Shown here one piece after another: positions 1 through 9,104 of a stretch of 41,740 bases of DNA. The stretch lies in assembly GCA_035270405.1 (NCBI GenBank), contig DATFIF010000068.1, forward strand, positions 1-41,740. The letters are read 5' to 3'. The position numbers and the translations under genes are program-made. Source of the DNA: Paludibacteraceae bacterium. Its GTDB lineage: Bacteria > Bacteroidota > Bacteroidia > Bacteroidales > Paludibacteraceae. Below the pieces are notes generated by a model. It was not told where the DNA came from. It searched no databases and was given only the letters and a program-made list of their open reading frames with translations. Each line of letters opens with the position of its first letter. Position 1 is the first letter of the stretch.

Positions 1-68
1 AGCTCAATTACTTTTTCGAGCGAACGCAAACGCGCTTGGTCGGTGTTGGGTAGTCGTCTGTAAGGCAT
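1..68 (-). CDS. 5' end of an unidentified CDS running off the window (MPYRRLPNTDQARLRSLEKVIE...)
   Basis: An ATG at 66-68 (minus) opens a frame that stays open to position 1. It lies 40 nt downstream of the polyprenyl synthase stop on the same strand. Only 22 codons are visible, so no family call is possible. Confidence 0.3.
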   Translation of the reverse strand, partial: MPYRRLPNTDQARLRSLEKVIE

Positions 69-108
69 AAGATATAGGGTTATTAAGGTTGTTAAAGTTA
101 CCAAGTAG

Positions 109-1065
109 CTAATCGATACGACCCATTAGCTGTTTAGCCAAATTAATAAGTGGCTGTTTATCAGTTTTATGACCTGAAATTTTCGACAGAGCTTCCATTC
201 CGCGATTATAATAATCAGCCATAGCTTCTTCACACAGTTGCGGAATCGTTAGTTCATTATACATGGACCTAATAGAAGTTATCTTGGCCTGTTCAGATAT
301 CGTTGTATCGTTCAATGTGGCTTTTAGTCTGTGTCGCTTCTTACTATCACTCTTTGCTAAAGCGTTAATAAGCAAAAAAGTCTTTTTACCACATACAATA
401 TCTCCTCCAATACGTTTTCCGAAAGTCGTTGCATCACCATAAGTATCCAAATAATCATCTCGCAACTGAAAAGCGATACCCATAGCAATACCAAATTCGT
501 AAAGATTCACAGCATCTTCATCAGAAGCGCCACCAAGGATTGCTCCAATTTGCAAAGCAGCTCCCAATAATACGGCTGTTTTTAGACGAATCATGTTGAA
601 GTATTCGTCTAATGCCACCTCTTCGCAACTCTCAAAATTCATATCATATTGCTGACCTTCACATACTTCAAGCGCTGTACGCGTGAAAATTGGGAATATG
701 TTTGTCCAATACTTAACAGGTGTTTTTTCTAAAAACTGATACGATTTTATCATCATCGCATCACCAGACAAAATAGCGGTATTAGCATCCCATTTTTTAT
801 GTACGGTCAATCTATTTCGGCGAGTTTCTGCATGATCCATAATATCATCATGCAACAATGTAAAATTATGAAACACTTCTATGGCCAATGCCGCAGGCAA
901 AGCATCTTCTTTTGAGCCACCGAAAAGTTCACAACCCATCAATACCAATGCGGGACGAATGCGTTTACCACCACTTTCAAGCGTATAACCTATGGGTAAA
1001 TAAAGTTCACGAGGAGAAAGATTCCAATCGAGTGCTTCTAATTGTTTATTTAAGTATGTATGCAT
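109..1065 (-). CDS. Polyprenyl (geranylgeranyl/octaprenyl-type) diphosphate synthase family protein
   Basis: 318 aa. It has both aspartate-rich motifs of trans-isoprenyl diphosphate synthases (LLHDDIMD and QLRDDYLD) and the GGKRIRP motif near the N-terminus. Confidence 0.9.
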   Translation of the reverse strand: MHTYLNKQLEALDWNLSPRELYLPIGYTLESGGKRIRPALVLMGCELFGGSKEDALPAALAIEVFHNFTLLHDDIMDHAETRRNRLTVHKKWDANTAILSGDAMMIKSYQFLEKTPVKYWTNIFPIFTRTALEVCEGQQYDMNFESCEEVALDEYFNMIRLKTAVLLGAALQIGAILGGASDEDAVNLYEFGIAMGIAFQLRDDYLDTYGDATTFGKRIGGDIVCGKKTFLLINALAKSDSKKRHRLKATLNDTTISEQAKITSIRSMYNELTIPQLCEEAMADYYNRGMEALSKISGHKTDKQPLINLAKQLMGRID

Positions 1066-1204
1066 GACTAAATGATAACCAATTTGTTATTGGTTGCGAA
1101 TATAGTTTCTTTTTTTATTGTAGCAATGATTCGCAATAATTTTACCGAATTGTTTAATTTTATTTATTATTTTATAACTTCATTTAACTCTAAAACGTAT
1201 AAAA

Positions 1205-1244
1205 TCAAAAAAATGCTAGGTAAATCTATATTTTACCTAGCATT
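1205..1244 (-). terminator. Rho-independent terminator downstream of ddl
   Basis: A 13-bp perfect stem (aatgctaggtaaa 1212-1224 / tttacctagcatt 1232-1244) with a 7-nt loop. On the minus strand it is followed by a T-run (plus-strand A-run 1205-1213). Confidence 0.75.
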
Positions 1245-1271
1245 CTATATCATTATCAACTGGCGTCTTGT

Positions 1272-2255
1272 TCAGGAATTCAACTCATTCTCGATAATAT
1301 CTGTCATTACATCTTTAATATCGAGTCCTGCTGCCTGAATTTGTTGTGGAATAAAGCTTGTTTCCGTCATGCCTGGCGTAGTATTGACCTCGAGCAAGTT
1401 AACGATTCCGCTAGAATTCACAATGTAATCGACGCGAATGATGCCTTTTGCATTCAAGAGTGTGTAAATTCGCTGAGTCATAGATTGTATTTGCTGTGTG
1501 AGTTCCATGGATATTCTAGCAGGCGTAATCTCTTCAACTTGTCCATTATATTTAGCATCATAATCGAAAAATTCATTTTTAGTGACCACCTCAGTGATGG
1601 GAAATACCACTGATTTAGCTTTAGTTTTGTACATACCACACGTCACTTCCGTACCACTTAAAAAACTTTCAATGATGACTTCATCGCCTTCAGAAAAGGC
1701 TTTGGCAATAGCAGGTTGCACTTGGTCAATCGTCTTCACTTTAGTTATACCAAAACTGCTGCCGCCTTCGTTGGGCTTTATAAAACATGGGAAACCAATT
1801 TTTTTAGCAACAAGAGATTCTTCAATCGATTCTCCGGTTCGCAACATAATAGACTCCGCCACTTGAAAACCAAAACTTTTGAGGTAATTATTACAAACGT
1901 ATTTATCAAACGTAAGCGCTGCCTGAAGCACATCGCAACACGAAAACGGTAATCCGATTAACCGAAAATAACCTTGTAAAATACCATTTTCACCCGGCGT
2001 GCCATGTATGGTGATATAAGCAAAATCAAAACATATTTTTTCTCCATCAACCAGAAACGAAAAATCATTTTTATCAATTGGCAATTGGCGTCCATCTGGC
2101 AATTGAACTTGCCAAACTTTACCCACAATCGTAACGATGTACTTGGTGTATTTGTCACTATCAATAAAGGAATTTAAACCTGCGGCACTACGTAAAGAGA
2201 CTTCCCATTCAGAAGAATCGCCTCCTGCGACAATTGCAATAATTCTTTTCATCAT
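1272..2255 (-). CDS. ddl: D-alanine--D-alanine ligase
   Basis: 327 aa. The N-terminus MKRIIAIVAGGDSSEWEVSLRSA is typical of Ddl. ATP-grasp body with GFPCFIKPNEGGSSFG and a C-terminal LEVNTTPGMTETS motif. Confidence 0.93.
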   Translation of the reverse strand: MMKRIIAIVAGGDSSEWEVSLRSAAGLNSFIDSDKYTKYIVTIVGKVWQVQLPDGRQLPIDKNDFSFLVDGEKICFDFAYITIHGTPGENGILQGYFRLIGLPFSCCDVLQAALTFDKYVCNNYLKSFGFQVAESIMLRTGESIEESLVAKKIGFPCFIKPNEGGSSFGITKVKTIDQVQPAIAKAFSEGDEVIIESFLSGTEVTCGMYKTKAKSVVFPITEVVTKNEFFDYDAKYNGQVEEITPARISMELTQQIQSMTQRIYTLLNAKGIIRVDYIVNSSGIVNLLEVNTTPGMTETSFIPQQIQAAGLDIKDVMTDIIENELNS

Positions 2256-2272
2256 ATTTGGGTTAAAACAAA

Positions 2273-3343
2273 CTATTCTTGTAAACTATTCGGTACGTAT
2301 TTTCTCCATTTGTCAAGCAATTCAGCCATATCTTGAGGCAATTCACTATCAAATTGCATCTTTTCTCCAGTCGTTGGATGAACAAAACCTAATGTTTTTG
2401 CATGCAATGCTTGACGAGGACAAATATCAAAGCAGTTTTTAACGAACTGTTTATACTTTGACGCTGTAACTCCTTTGAGGGGTTCATTACCACCATAACG
2501 CACGTCGTTGAAAAGCGTGTGTCCAATATGCTTTAAATGGACACGAATTTGGTGCGTACGCCCTGTTTCTAAGCGACATTCAACTAACGTTACATACGTA
2601 AAGCGCTCTATAACTTTATAATGTGTAACGGCATGTTTAGCCGCCTCATTTTCCCCATCAGGAAAAACTTTAAACAACATCCGATCACGTGGATCACGTG
2701 CTAAGGAACCAATAATAGTTCCTTCATCCTCCTTCACCACTCCCCAAACTAAAGCATTATAAGTTCGTTCAGTTGTTTTATTGAAAAACTGTAAAGCTAA
2801 TTTAGACTTGGCATCTTCATTTTTTGCAATTAAAATCAATCCCGAAGTATCTTTATCTATCCTATGTACCAATCCTATACGTGGATCATTCGCATCAAAA
2901 TGAGGATTATCTTTCAAATGCCAAGCAATGGCGTTAAGTAACGTTCCATCAAAATTGCCAAAACCAGGATGAACCACTAAATCTGGTTGTTTATTTACGA
3001 CCATAAGATCCGCATCTTCATAAACTACATTCAGCGGAATATCTTGAGGCGTAATTGAAAAGTCATTTTTGGGATAGTCGAGCACAATGCTAATAACATC
3101 GTTGGGCTTTACACGATAATTAGATTTTACGGGTTGGTCATTGACTAAAATTGTTTCTGCATCAGCCGCTTCTTGTATGCGATTACGAGAGATATTGGAC
3201 ATGCAATTAACCAAATACTTATCGACACGAAGTAAGGCTTGACCCTTATCCACCACAAAGCGAAAGTGTTCGAATTGTTCATTCTGAGACAATGACTCTT
3301 CGAGTTCGTCGTCTATTTCATCGAAAAGTTGATTAGTTTGCAT
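2273..3343 (-). CDS. rluD: RluA/RluD-family 23S rRNA pseudouridine synthase with S4 domain
   Basis: 356 aa. Catalytic HRIDKDTSGL motif, an N-terminal S4-like RNA-binding region (RVDKYL...SR) and a GRTHQIRVH motif. Confidence 0.9.
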   Translation of the reverse strand: MQTNQLFDEIDDELEESLSQNEQFEHFRFVVDKGQALLRVDKYLVNCMSNISRNRIQEAADAETILVNDQPVKSNYRVKPNDVISIVLDYPKNDFSITPQDIPLNVVYEDADLMVVNKQPDLVVHPGFGNFDGTLLNAIAWHLKDNPHFDANDPRIGLVHRIDKDTSGLILIAKNEDAKSKLALQFFNKTTERTYNALVWGVVKEDEGTIIGSLARDPRDRMLFKVFPDGENEAAKHAVTHYKVIERFTYVTLVECRLETGRTHQIRVHLKHIGHTLFNDVRYGGNEPLKGVTASKYKQFVKNCFDICPRQALHAKTLGFVHPTTGEKMQFDSELPQDMAELLDKWRKYVPNSLQE

Positions 3344-3356
3344 GCCAAATGGAAAT

Positions 3357-4184
3357 TTAAAAGAATTCCTCGTCCGTATTTTGTTTAGGACTCTTTTCGT
3401 ATACTTTATTCGGAGTTTTGGTTAACCAAATATTGATGCGTCGACCAACCTCATAAGACGTTGTAGGTTCTGGGAATTGTCGATAGACAAAATAATTAGC
3501 TTTATCTGACTCATTCATCGGAGGTACATCAAAGTCGACCGAACCGACCACAAAGTCATTTTGTAATATGAGCTGTTCAGCCGTAGATTGTGTTACACTT
3601 AGTAAATCAGGCGTCACAGCGGTTTCTCCAAAAGTTTTGGAACCAACAATTAGAACCACGGAAGCGCCATCATGCAGACGATCGCCAGCACTCACGGGAG
3701 TTTGACCAACACGAATACCCATTACCAAATCAGGAAATTCAGAAGGTTTGTACTCAATATCGCCCACTACAAAGCCAATAGCTTCTAATGTGGCGCGAGC
3801 CTGACGAAAAGAAACATTTTGAACTTGTGGCAGCACAATCATTTTATCAGATTTAGAATTAATCGTCAAATAAATTTTACGCCCAGTTTTGACTGTACTT
3901 TCAGCCCTTGGTGTTTGTTCTAAAATTTCACCTTGTAATTTATTTCGTACATAGACAGAGTCAATCACTTCATAAGTGAGTTCTTGTTGTTTAAATAAAA
4001 TTTCCGCCTCTTCCACATAAAGCCCTGTTACGTTTGGTACGGTAACTCCTTCGCCATGTTTGGTAACAAATTTCAGCGAAAACAAAACAACAACTACCAC
4101 TACAACTCCCAATAGAATTGCTAAACCTAAATTTATCCAAAAGAATTTACTTTTGAGAAAACTAAACATTGTTTGTAAACTCAT
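3357..4184 (-). CDS. PASTA domain-containing membrane protein
   Basis: One N-terminal TM helix (WINLGLAILLGVVVVVVVLF) is followed by repeated about 65-aa PASTA-like units (VPNVTGL..., LPQVQNVSFRQARATLEAIGF..., TPDLLSVT...). I moved the start to ATG 4184 (MSLQTMF...) because a TACCTTTG -7 box lies at 4222-4229, inside the 48-nt extension in the ORF track. Confidence 0.75.
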   Translation of the reverse strand: MSLQTMFSFLKSKFFWINLGLAILLGVVVVVVVLFSLKFVTKHGEGVTVPNVTGLYVEEAEILFKQQELTYEVIDSVYVRNKLQGEILEQTPRAESTVKTGRKIYLTINSKSDKMIVLPQVQNVSFRQARATLEAIGFVVGDIEYKPSEFPDLVMGIRVGQTPVSAGDRLHDGASVVLIVGSKTFGETAVTPDLLSVTQSTAEQLILQNDFVVGSVDFDVPPMNESDKANYFVYRQFPEPTTSYEVGRRINIWLTKTPNKVYEKSPKQNTDEEFF

Positions 4185-4221
4185 ACTACTAACGTGTTGA
4201 ATTAAGGTGATAAATAACGCC

Positions 4222-4229
4222 CAAAGGTA
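4222..4229 (-). promoter_or_regulatory. Bacteroidetes-type -7 promoter box (TACCTTTG) for the PASTA-rluD-ddl block
   Basis: Exact match to TAnnTTTG on the minus strand, 38 nt upstream of the ATG at 4184. Confidence 0.45.
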
Positions 4230-4324
4230 CACTTATTTTATAAATAAACCTCTAGAAATAAAAAAAAGCAAAGATGGAAATCTTCACTTTTTCTTATTTT
4301 TTTGTGGTTTAAATTTCTAAACCG

Positions 4325-4483
4325 TTAAGCTTTTTTGCAGTATTCTTCAGATACTGACAATTTTTTTCTGCCACGAGCACGACGTGCTGATATGGTACGA
4401 CGACCGTTTGCAGTTGCCATTCTTTCGCGAAAACCATGTTTGTTTTTGCGTTTTCTGTTCGAGGGTTGAAATGTTCTTTTCAT
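4325..4483 (-). CDS. rpmH: 50S ribosomal protein L34
   Basis: Hand translation of the minus strand gives [52 protein letters not shown] (52 aa plus stop). This is the canonical L34 signature [26 protein letters not shown]. It is not in the ORF track because it is under 60 aa. Confidence 0.95.
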   Translation of the reverse strand: MKRTFQPSNRKRKNKHGFRERMATANGRRTISARRARGRKKLSVSEEYCKKA

Positions 4484-4529
4484 TGCTATCGATATTTTGT
4501 ATTATTTTCTGATGCGTCAATTAGGGCTG

Positions 4530-4560
4530 CAAAGATAGATATATTTTTTTAATGCACAAA
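4530..4560 (-). promoter_or_regulatory. rpmH promoter (-33 TTTG / -7 TATCTTTG)
   Basis: On the minus strand, TTTG (4557-4560), a 19-nt A-rich spacer, then TATCTTTG (4530-4537), about 47 nt upstream of the rpmH ATG. This matches the Bacteroides -33/-7 consensus and spacing. Confidence 0.6.
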
Positions 4561-4631
4561 CAAAGAACTCTATTTTTTGTTGAAAACTTTTTCAATAGCA
4601 TAAAAACGACCGTTTTTTCACTAAAAAATTG

Positions 4632-4639
4632 TACCTTTG
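4632..4639 (+). promoter_or_regulatory. -7 promoter box (TACCTTTG) upstream of miaB
   Basis: Exact TAnnTTTG match about 90 nt upstream of the miaB ATG. No clean -33 TTTG is present. Confidence 0.4.
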
Positions 4640-4728
4640 CGCCTCAATTACTGAAAACTCAACAGAGAAAAAGAGCGTACAAATAAATTTCAAGTTAATT
4701 GACAGAATTATAAGTATATAAATACAGT

Positions 4729-6045
4729 ATGAAAAAACTTTTTATAGAAACATACGGATGCCAAATGAATGTAGCTGATAGTGAGGTTGTAGCCTCTATA
4801 ATGCAATCGGATGGATTTGAACTTACTGACTCAATAGCCGAAGCGGATGCTATTTTTGTAAATACGTGTTCCATCAGAGATAATGCCGAACAGAAAGTGT
4901 TGAATCGGTTACAATTTTTTCAATCGCTCAAACGTAAAAAAAAGGGGCTGATTATTGGTGTGATTGGTTGTATGGCAGAACGTGTGCAAGACGAATTAAT
5001 CAAAGAGCACGGCGTGGATTTCGTTGCTGGTCCTGATGCTTATCTCGATTTACCCAATTTAGTTGGCGCCGTGGAGCAAGGTGAAAAAGCGATTAACATT
5101 GAATTATCAACCACCGAAACCTACCGTGATGTGCTACCAGCACGCATTGGCAAATCAATTTCGGGTTTTGTAAGCATTATGCGAGGTTGTAATAATTTTT
5201 GTTCGTATTGCATTGTTCCCTACACGCGCGGACGAGAACGTAGTCGCGATATGATAAGTATATTAAACGAAGTAAAAGATTTAGCTGCAAGAGGTTACAA
5301 AGAAGTAACACTGCTCGGTCAAAATGTAAATTCGTATCATTTCGTGGAAAAAACCACAGAAATAGGTTTCCCGGAACTACTAGAACAAGTTGCCATTGCT
5401 GTACCAAATATGCGTATTCGGTTCACCACATCGCATCCCAAAGATATGAGCGATGCCACATTAGAGGTTATTGCGAAATGTCCAAATATGTGCCAATTCA
5501 TTCATCTTCCAGTACAAAGCGGAAGCAATAATGTGTTGAAAGCCATGAATCGTAAATACACACGCGAATGGTATTTGGAACGCATCGCAGCCATTCGTCG
5601 AATTTTACCAAAAGCAACTATTGGCACTGATATTTTTTGTGGATTCCACAACGAAAGCGAAGAAGATCACCAACAAACATTAAGTTTGATGCGAGAAGTG
5701 GGATTTGATGCTGCGTTTATGTTTAAATATTCAGAACGTCCAGGCACTTTTGCAGCAAAAAATCTACCCGACAACATTTCAGAAGAAGAGAAGATTCGGC
5801 GTTTAAATGAAATTATTACATTGCAACTTGAACTAAGTCACGAATCGAACAAGCGCGATATTGGTAAAACGTTTGAGGTATTGGTTGAGGGCTATTCAAA
5901 ACGTTCTCGCGAACATTTCTCAGGACGAACTTCACAAAACAAAATGGTGGTTTTCCCTAAATCAGGTCGCAAAATAGGTGATTTCGTTCATGTGACCATT
6001 ACCGAAGCAAGTGCAGCAACTTTAATTGGCGAATTGGCAGAGTAA
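4729..6045 (+). CDS. miaB: tRNA-i6A37 methylthiotransferase
   Basis: 438 aa. The N-terminal UPF0004 domain starts MKKLFIETYGCQMNVADSE. Radical-SAM CNNFCSYC (CxxxCxxC) motif and a C-terminal TRAM domain. Confidence 0.93.
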   Translation: MKKLFIETYGCQMNVADSEVVASIMQSDGFELTDSIAEADAIFVNTCSIRDNAEQKVLNRLQFFQSLKRKKKGLIIGVIGCMAERVQDELIKEHGVDFVAGPDAYLDLPNLVGAVEQGEKAINIELSTTETYRDVLPARIGKSISGFVSIMRGCNNFCSYCIVPYTRGRERSRDMISILNEVKDLAARGYKEVTLLGQNVNSYHFVEKTTEIGFPELLEQVAIAVPNMRIRFTTSHPKDMSDATLEVIAKCPNMCQFIHLPVQSGSNNVLKAMNRKYTREWYLERIAAIRRILPKATIGTDIFCGFHNESEEDHQQTLSLMREVGFDAAFMFKYSERPGTFAAKNLPDNISEEEKIRRLNEIITLQLELSHESNKRDIGKTFEVLVEGYSKRSREHFSGRTSQNKMVVFPKSGRKIGDFVHVTITEASAATLIGELAE

Positions 6046-6074
6046 AACTTTCAAAAAATTAAAATAAACTAAAT

Positions 6075-7178
6075 ATGTCGTTACAATGTGGAATCGTTGG
6101 CTTGCCCAACGTTGGTAAATCAACTCTTTTCAATTGCTTGTCGAATGCTAAAGCGCAAGCAGCAAATTTTCCATTTTGCACCATTGAACCAAATGTGGGC
6201 GTCATCACAGTGCCAGACGAACGTCTGAATAAATTAGCAAAACTCGTTAATCCACAGCGCATTGTGCCTACTACGGTGGAAATTGTAGATATTGCTGGAC
6301 TCGTTAAAGGAGCAAGTAAAGGCGAGGGATTGGGTAACAAATTTTTAGCAAATATTCGCGAAACTGATGCCATTCTTCATGTGTTGCGCTGTTTTGACGA
6401 TCCAAATGTGGTTCATGTGGACGGTTTGGTAAATCCAGTACGCGACAAAGAAATTATTGATGCCGAACTGATGATAAAGGATCTTGAGACGGTTGAAAGT
6501 CGTATTCAAAAAGTACAAAAACAAGCACAAACTGGCGGAGATAAACAGGCTAAAATAGCTTATGACGTACTTGTTAAATATAAATCGGCTTTAGAACAAG
6601 GGAAGCCAGCTCGTTCGGTTCAATTGGAAAATAAAGAAGACCAAACAATGGCTAATGAGTTCTTTTTACTCACATCGAAACCCGTAATGTACGTTTGTAA
6701 TGTAGACGAAGCATCAGCAGCTACTGGAAATAGCTACGTAGAAGCTGTAAAAGAGGCTGTAAAAGACGAAAATGCTGAAGTTCTGATAGTAGCTGCTAAA
6801 ATTGAATCGGAAATTACAGAACTAGACACGTATGAAGAGCGTCAAATGTTTTTGGAAGAGGTTGGATTAAAAGAATCTGGCGTAGCGCGACTCATCAATG
6901 CAGCGTATCACTTACTCAAATTAAAAACATTTTTCACTGTCGGCGTACAAGAAGTAAGGGCGTGGACATTTATAGATGGCTTCAAAACGCCACAATGTGC
7001 TGGAGTTATTCACACTGATTTTGAAAAAGGATTTATCCGTGCAGAAGTAATAAAATACGATGACTTTATTCAATACGGAAGCGAAAATGCCATCAAAGAA
7101 GCTGGTAAACTTGGTATTGAAGGTAAAGAATACTTAGTAAAAGATGGCGATATTATGCATTTTAGATTTAATGTTTAA
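6075..7178 (+). CDS. ychF: Redox-regulated ribosome-binding ATPase YchF
   Basis: 367 aa. Obg-like P-loop GIVGLPNVGKSTLFN, a DIAGLVKGAS G3 region and a C-terminal TGS-like domain ending DGDIMHFRFNV. Confidence 0.95.
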   Translation: MSLQCGIVGLPNVGKSTLFNCLSNAKAQAANFPFCTIEPNVGVITVPDERLNKLAKLVNPQRIVPTTVEIVDIAGLVKGASKGEGLGNKFLANIRETDAILHVLRCFDDPNVVHVDGLVNPVRDKEIIDAELMIKDLETVESRIQKVQKQAQTGGDKQAKIAYDVLVKYKSALEQGKPARSVQLENKEDQTMANEFFLLTSKPVMYVCNVDEASAATGNSYVEAVKEAVKDENAEVLIVAAKIESEITELDTYEERQMFLEEVGLKESGVARLINAAYHLLKLKTFFTVGVQEVRAWTFIDGFKTPQCAGVIHTDFEKGFIRAEVIKYDDFIQYGSENAIKEAGKLGIEGKEYLVKDGDIMHFRFNV

Positions 7179-7195
7179 CTAAAGAGTTGCACATT

Positions 7196-7235
7196 CCATA
7201 AAAAAGAGTTTCCAATTGGAAACTCTTTTTTATGG
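7196..7235. terminator. Bidirectional hairpin terminator between convergent ychF and the acyl-CoA ligase gene
   Basis: An 18-bp perfect inverted repeat (ccataaaaaagagtttcc 7196-7213 / ggaaactcttttttatgg 7218-7235) with an aatt loop and T/A runs inside both arms. Confidence 0.8.
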
Positions 7236-7251
7236 TTAGCTATCAGTCAGT

Positions 7252-9072
7252 TTATAAAACTGGTGTTACTACGGAATCATACATTTCGTCAATCATTGAT
7301 TTGTAATTTTGCAAAATCACAGCACGACGTAATTTCAACGTGGCTGTAATTTCACCTGCATCTATAGAAAAGCCTTTCTTAATAAGACGGAATCTTTTGA
7401 TTTTTTCAAAACTTGCCATTTCTACTTGTCCTTCGGCTATTCGCTCTTCATAAAACTTGAGAATAGTTGGATTCTCTAACAAATCTTCCATACGCTCATA
7501 ACTTATTTGATGTTCTTTAGCCAAAGCAGTTACAGCATCTAAATTGGGAGCAATGATAGCTGTTACATAGTTGCGATTATTGCCAATTACAGCAATTTGA
7601 TCAATATAACGATCGGCACCTAATTTTGTTTCGATTTGCTGTGGAGCAATGTATTTACCATTAGAAGTTTTGAACAGGTCTTTTATACGATCAGTCATCA
7701 CTAAGTGCTTACCGTCAATTAGTTTACCAGCATCACCCGTACGGAACCAACCATCAATAAAGGCCGCTTCGGTAGCTTCAGGTTTATTATAATAACCAGA
7801 AGTCACCGTTTTACCTTTCACCAAGATTTCATTGTCCTCTCCAATTTTAACTTGTACTCCAGGCATCACTGTACCTATAGAGCCAATACGATAATCGTAG
7901 TAATCATAACAACAAACAGTAGCTGTTGTTTCGGTTAAACCGTAACCGTAAGTAATAGGTATGCCGAGACTGCGAAAAAACACTGTTAATTTATCGTCAA
8001 GTGCAGCTCCTGCCACAGGGAACAGGTGTCCACGTTCAATACCAATAGCCTTTTTCAACGTACTAAAAATCATTTTATCAGCAATCAGATAGCGTATGAG
8101 TAATCCCAACGGTGGAGATTTTCTGATTCGCTTATATTCTAAGTTATAAGTGGCCCCTACAGCAACAGCCCAAGTTACTAATCCTTTCTTTAAAGGAGTA
8201 AATGTTTCTATTTTTTCTTGAACACCAGCTGCCACTTTTTCCCAAAAACGAGGCACACTACACATGAGTGTTGGTCTTACCTCTTTAATCGTTTGTTGAA
8301 CCTCTACAGGGCGAAGATTCAGGTAAACTTTAATATCTTTATACATACAGAAATAACTCCAAGCGCGCTCAAAAATATGAGACATAGGTAAAAACGCAAT
8401 GGATTTTTCGCGTTTACCAATCGTAACTAGACGTTCGTCATGAATTCGTAAAATTTCTAACAAAGACGTATGTAGCAACATCACACCCTTAGGTTCACCA
8501 GTGGTTCCCGAAGTGTACATAATCACAGCTAAATCCTCAGCTTTAGCAGCTTTTTTGCGGCGTTCTACCTCTTTATCATGGGTCATATCTCTACCCAAAG
8601 CCAAGAAATCTTCAAAATACATGGCTCGTTTTTCACCTTTCAAATCAACGCTACTATCAAACACCACAATGCGTTTCAATAATTTAGAAGTTGTTATCAC
8701 TTCCAAAGCACTATCGTATTGTTGTTGCTCGCCCACAAAAATCAATGAGATATTTGCATCATTCACAATATAATCAATTTGTGAAGCAGAAGCCGTAGCG
8801 TACATAGGTACTGATACGGCACGATTTGCAAAATTCGCAAAATCGGCAATCACAGCATGAGGTTTATTCTGAGAACAAATAGCAATATTATCGTGTTCTT
8901 TCACACCAATTTCGACCATAGCACGTGCAGCACTCTGCACTTTTTCAGCTAACTCGCTCCAAGTAATGCCAACCCATTTGGTAAGAGAGTTGTCACGATA
9001 AAATAAAATTCTGTGATTCCCGCGCTTTCTAGCTTTAGCAAACACAAATTTTGAGAAATGAATGAATTCCAT
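7252..9072 (-). CDS. Long-chain fatty acid--CoA ligase (AMP-forming, FadD-like)
   Basis: 606 aa. AMP-binding signature YTSGTTGEPKGV, a GYGLTET motif and a TGD...DRIKD region. The size is typical of the long Bacteroidetes-type acyl-CoA synthetases. Confidence 0.88.
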   Translation of the reverse strand: MEFIHFSKFVFAKARKRGNHRILFYRDNSLTKWVGITWSELAEKVQSAARAMVEIGVKEHDNIAICSQNKPHAVIADFANFANRAVSVPMYATASASQIDYIVNDANISLIFVGEQQQYDSALEVITTSKLLKRIVVFDSSVDLKGEKRAMYFEDFLALGRDMTHDKEVERRKKAAKAEDLAVIMYTSGTTGEPKGVMLLHTSLLEILRIHDERLVTIGKREKSIAFLPMSHIFERAWSYFCMYKDIKVYLNLRPVEVQQTIKEVRPTLMCSVPRFWEKVAAGVQEKIETFTPLKKGLVTWAVAVGATYNLEYKRIRKSPPLGLLIRYLIADKMIFSTLKKAIGIERGHLFPVAGAALDDKLTVFFRSLGIPITYGYGLTETTATVCCYDYYDYRIGSIGTVMPGVQVKIGEDNEILVKGKTVTSGYYNKPEATEAAFIDGWFRTGDAGKLIDGKHLVMTDRIKDLFKTSNGKYIAPQQIETKLGADRYIDQIAVIGNNRNYVTAIIAPNLDAVTALAKEHQISYERMEDLLENPTILKFYEERIAEGQVEMASFEKIKRFRLIKKGFSIDAGEITATLKLRRAVILQNYKSMIDEMYDSVVTPVL

Positions 9073-9104
9073 AATGAAATTATTTTAGTTAATACTCAAT
9101 GATG

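Noticed and set aside
1077-1095. A 7-bp inverted repeat, AACCAAT-ttgtt-ATTGGTT, 12 nt upstream of the polyprenyl synthase start codon.
   Set aside because: It is short and AT-rich, so it is expected by chance at this frequency. It could be a weak 5'-UTR hairpin or a regulator site, but nothing else supports either reading.
1072-1338. An 88-aa plus-strand ORF in the gap between the polyprenyl synthase gene and ddl.
   Set aside because: The sequence is hydrophobic, low-complexity and AT-driven. It spans the ddl terminator hairpin (1205-1244) and overlaps the ddl 3' end, and it has no recognisable family or promoter box. It is most likely a non-coding spacer.
1341-2442. Several plus-strand ORFs (1341-1613, 1582-1866, 1716-1952, 2137-2442) and the minus-strand ORF 1958-2164, all inside ddl/rluD.
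   Set aside because: They lie antisense to, or out of frame within, a confidently identified ddl and the end of rluD. These are shadow ORFs with no motifs.
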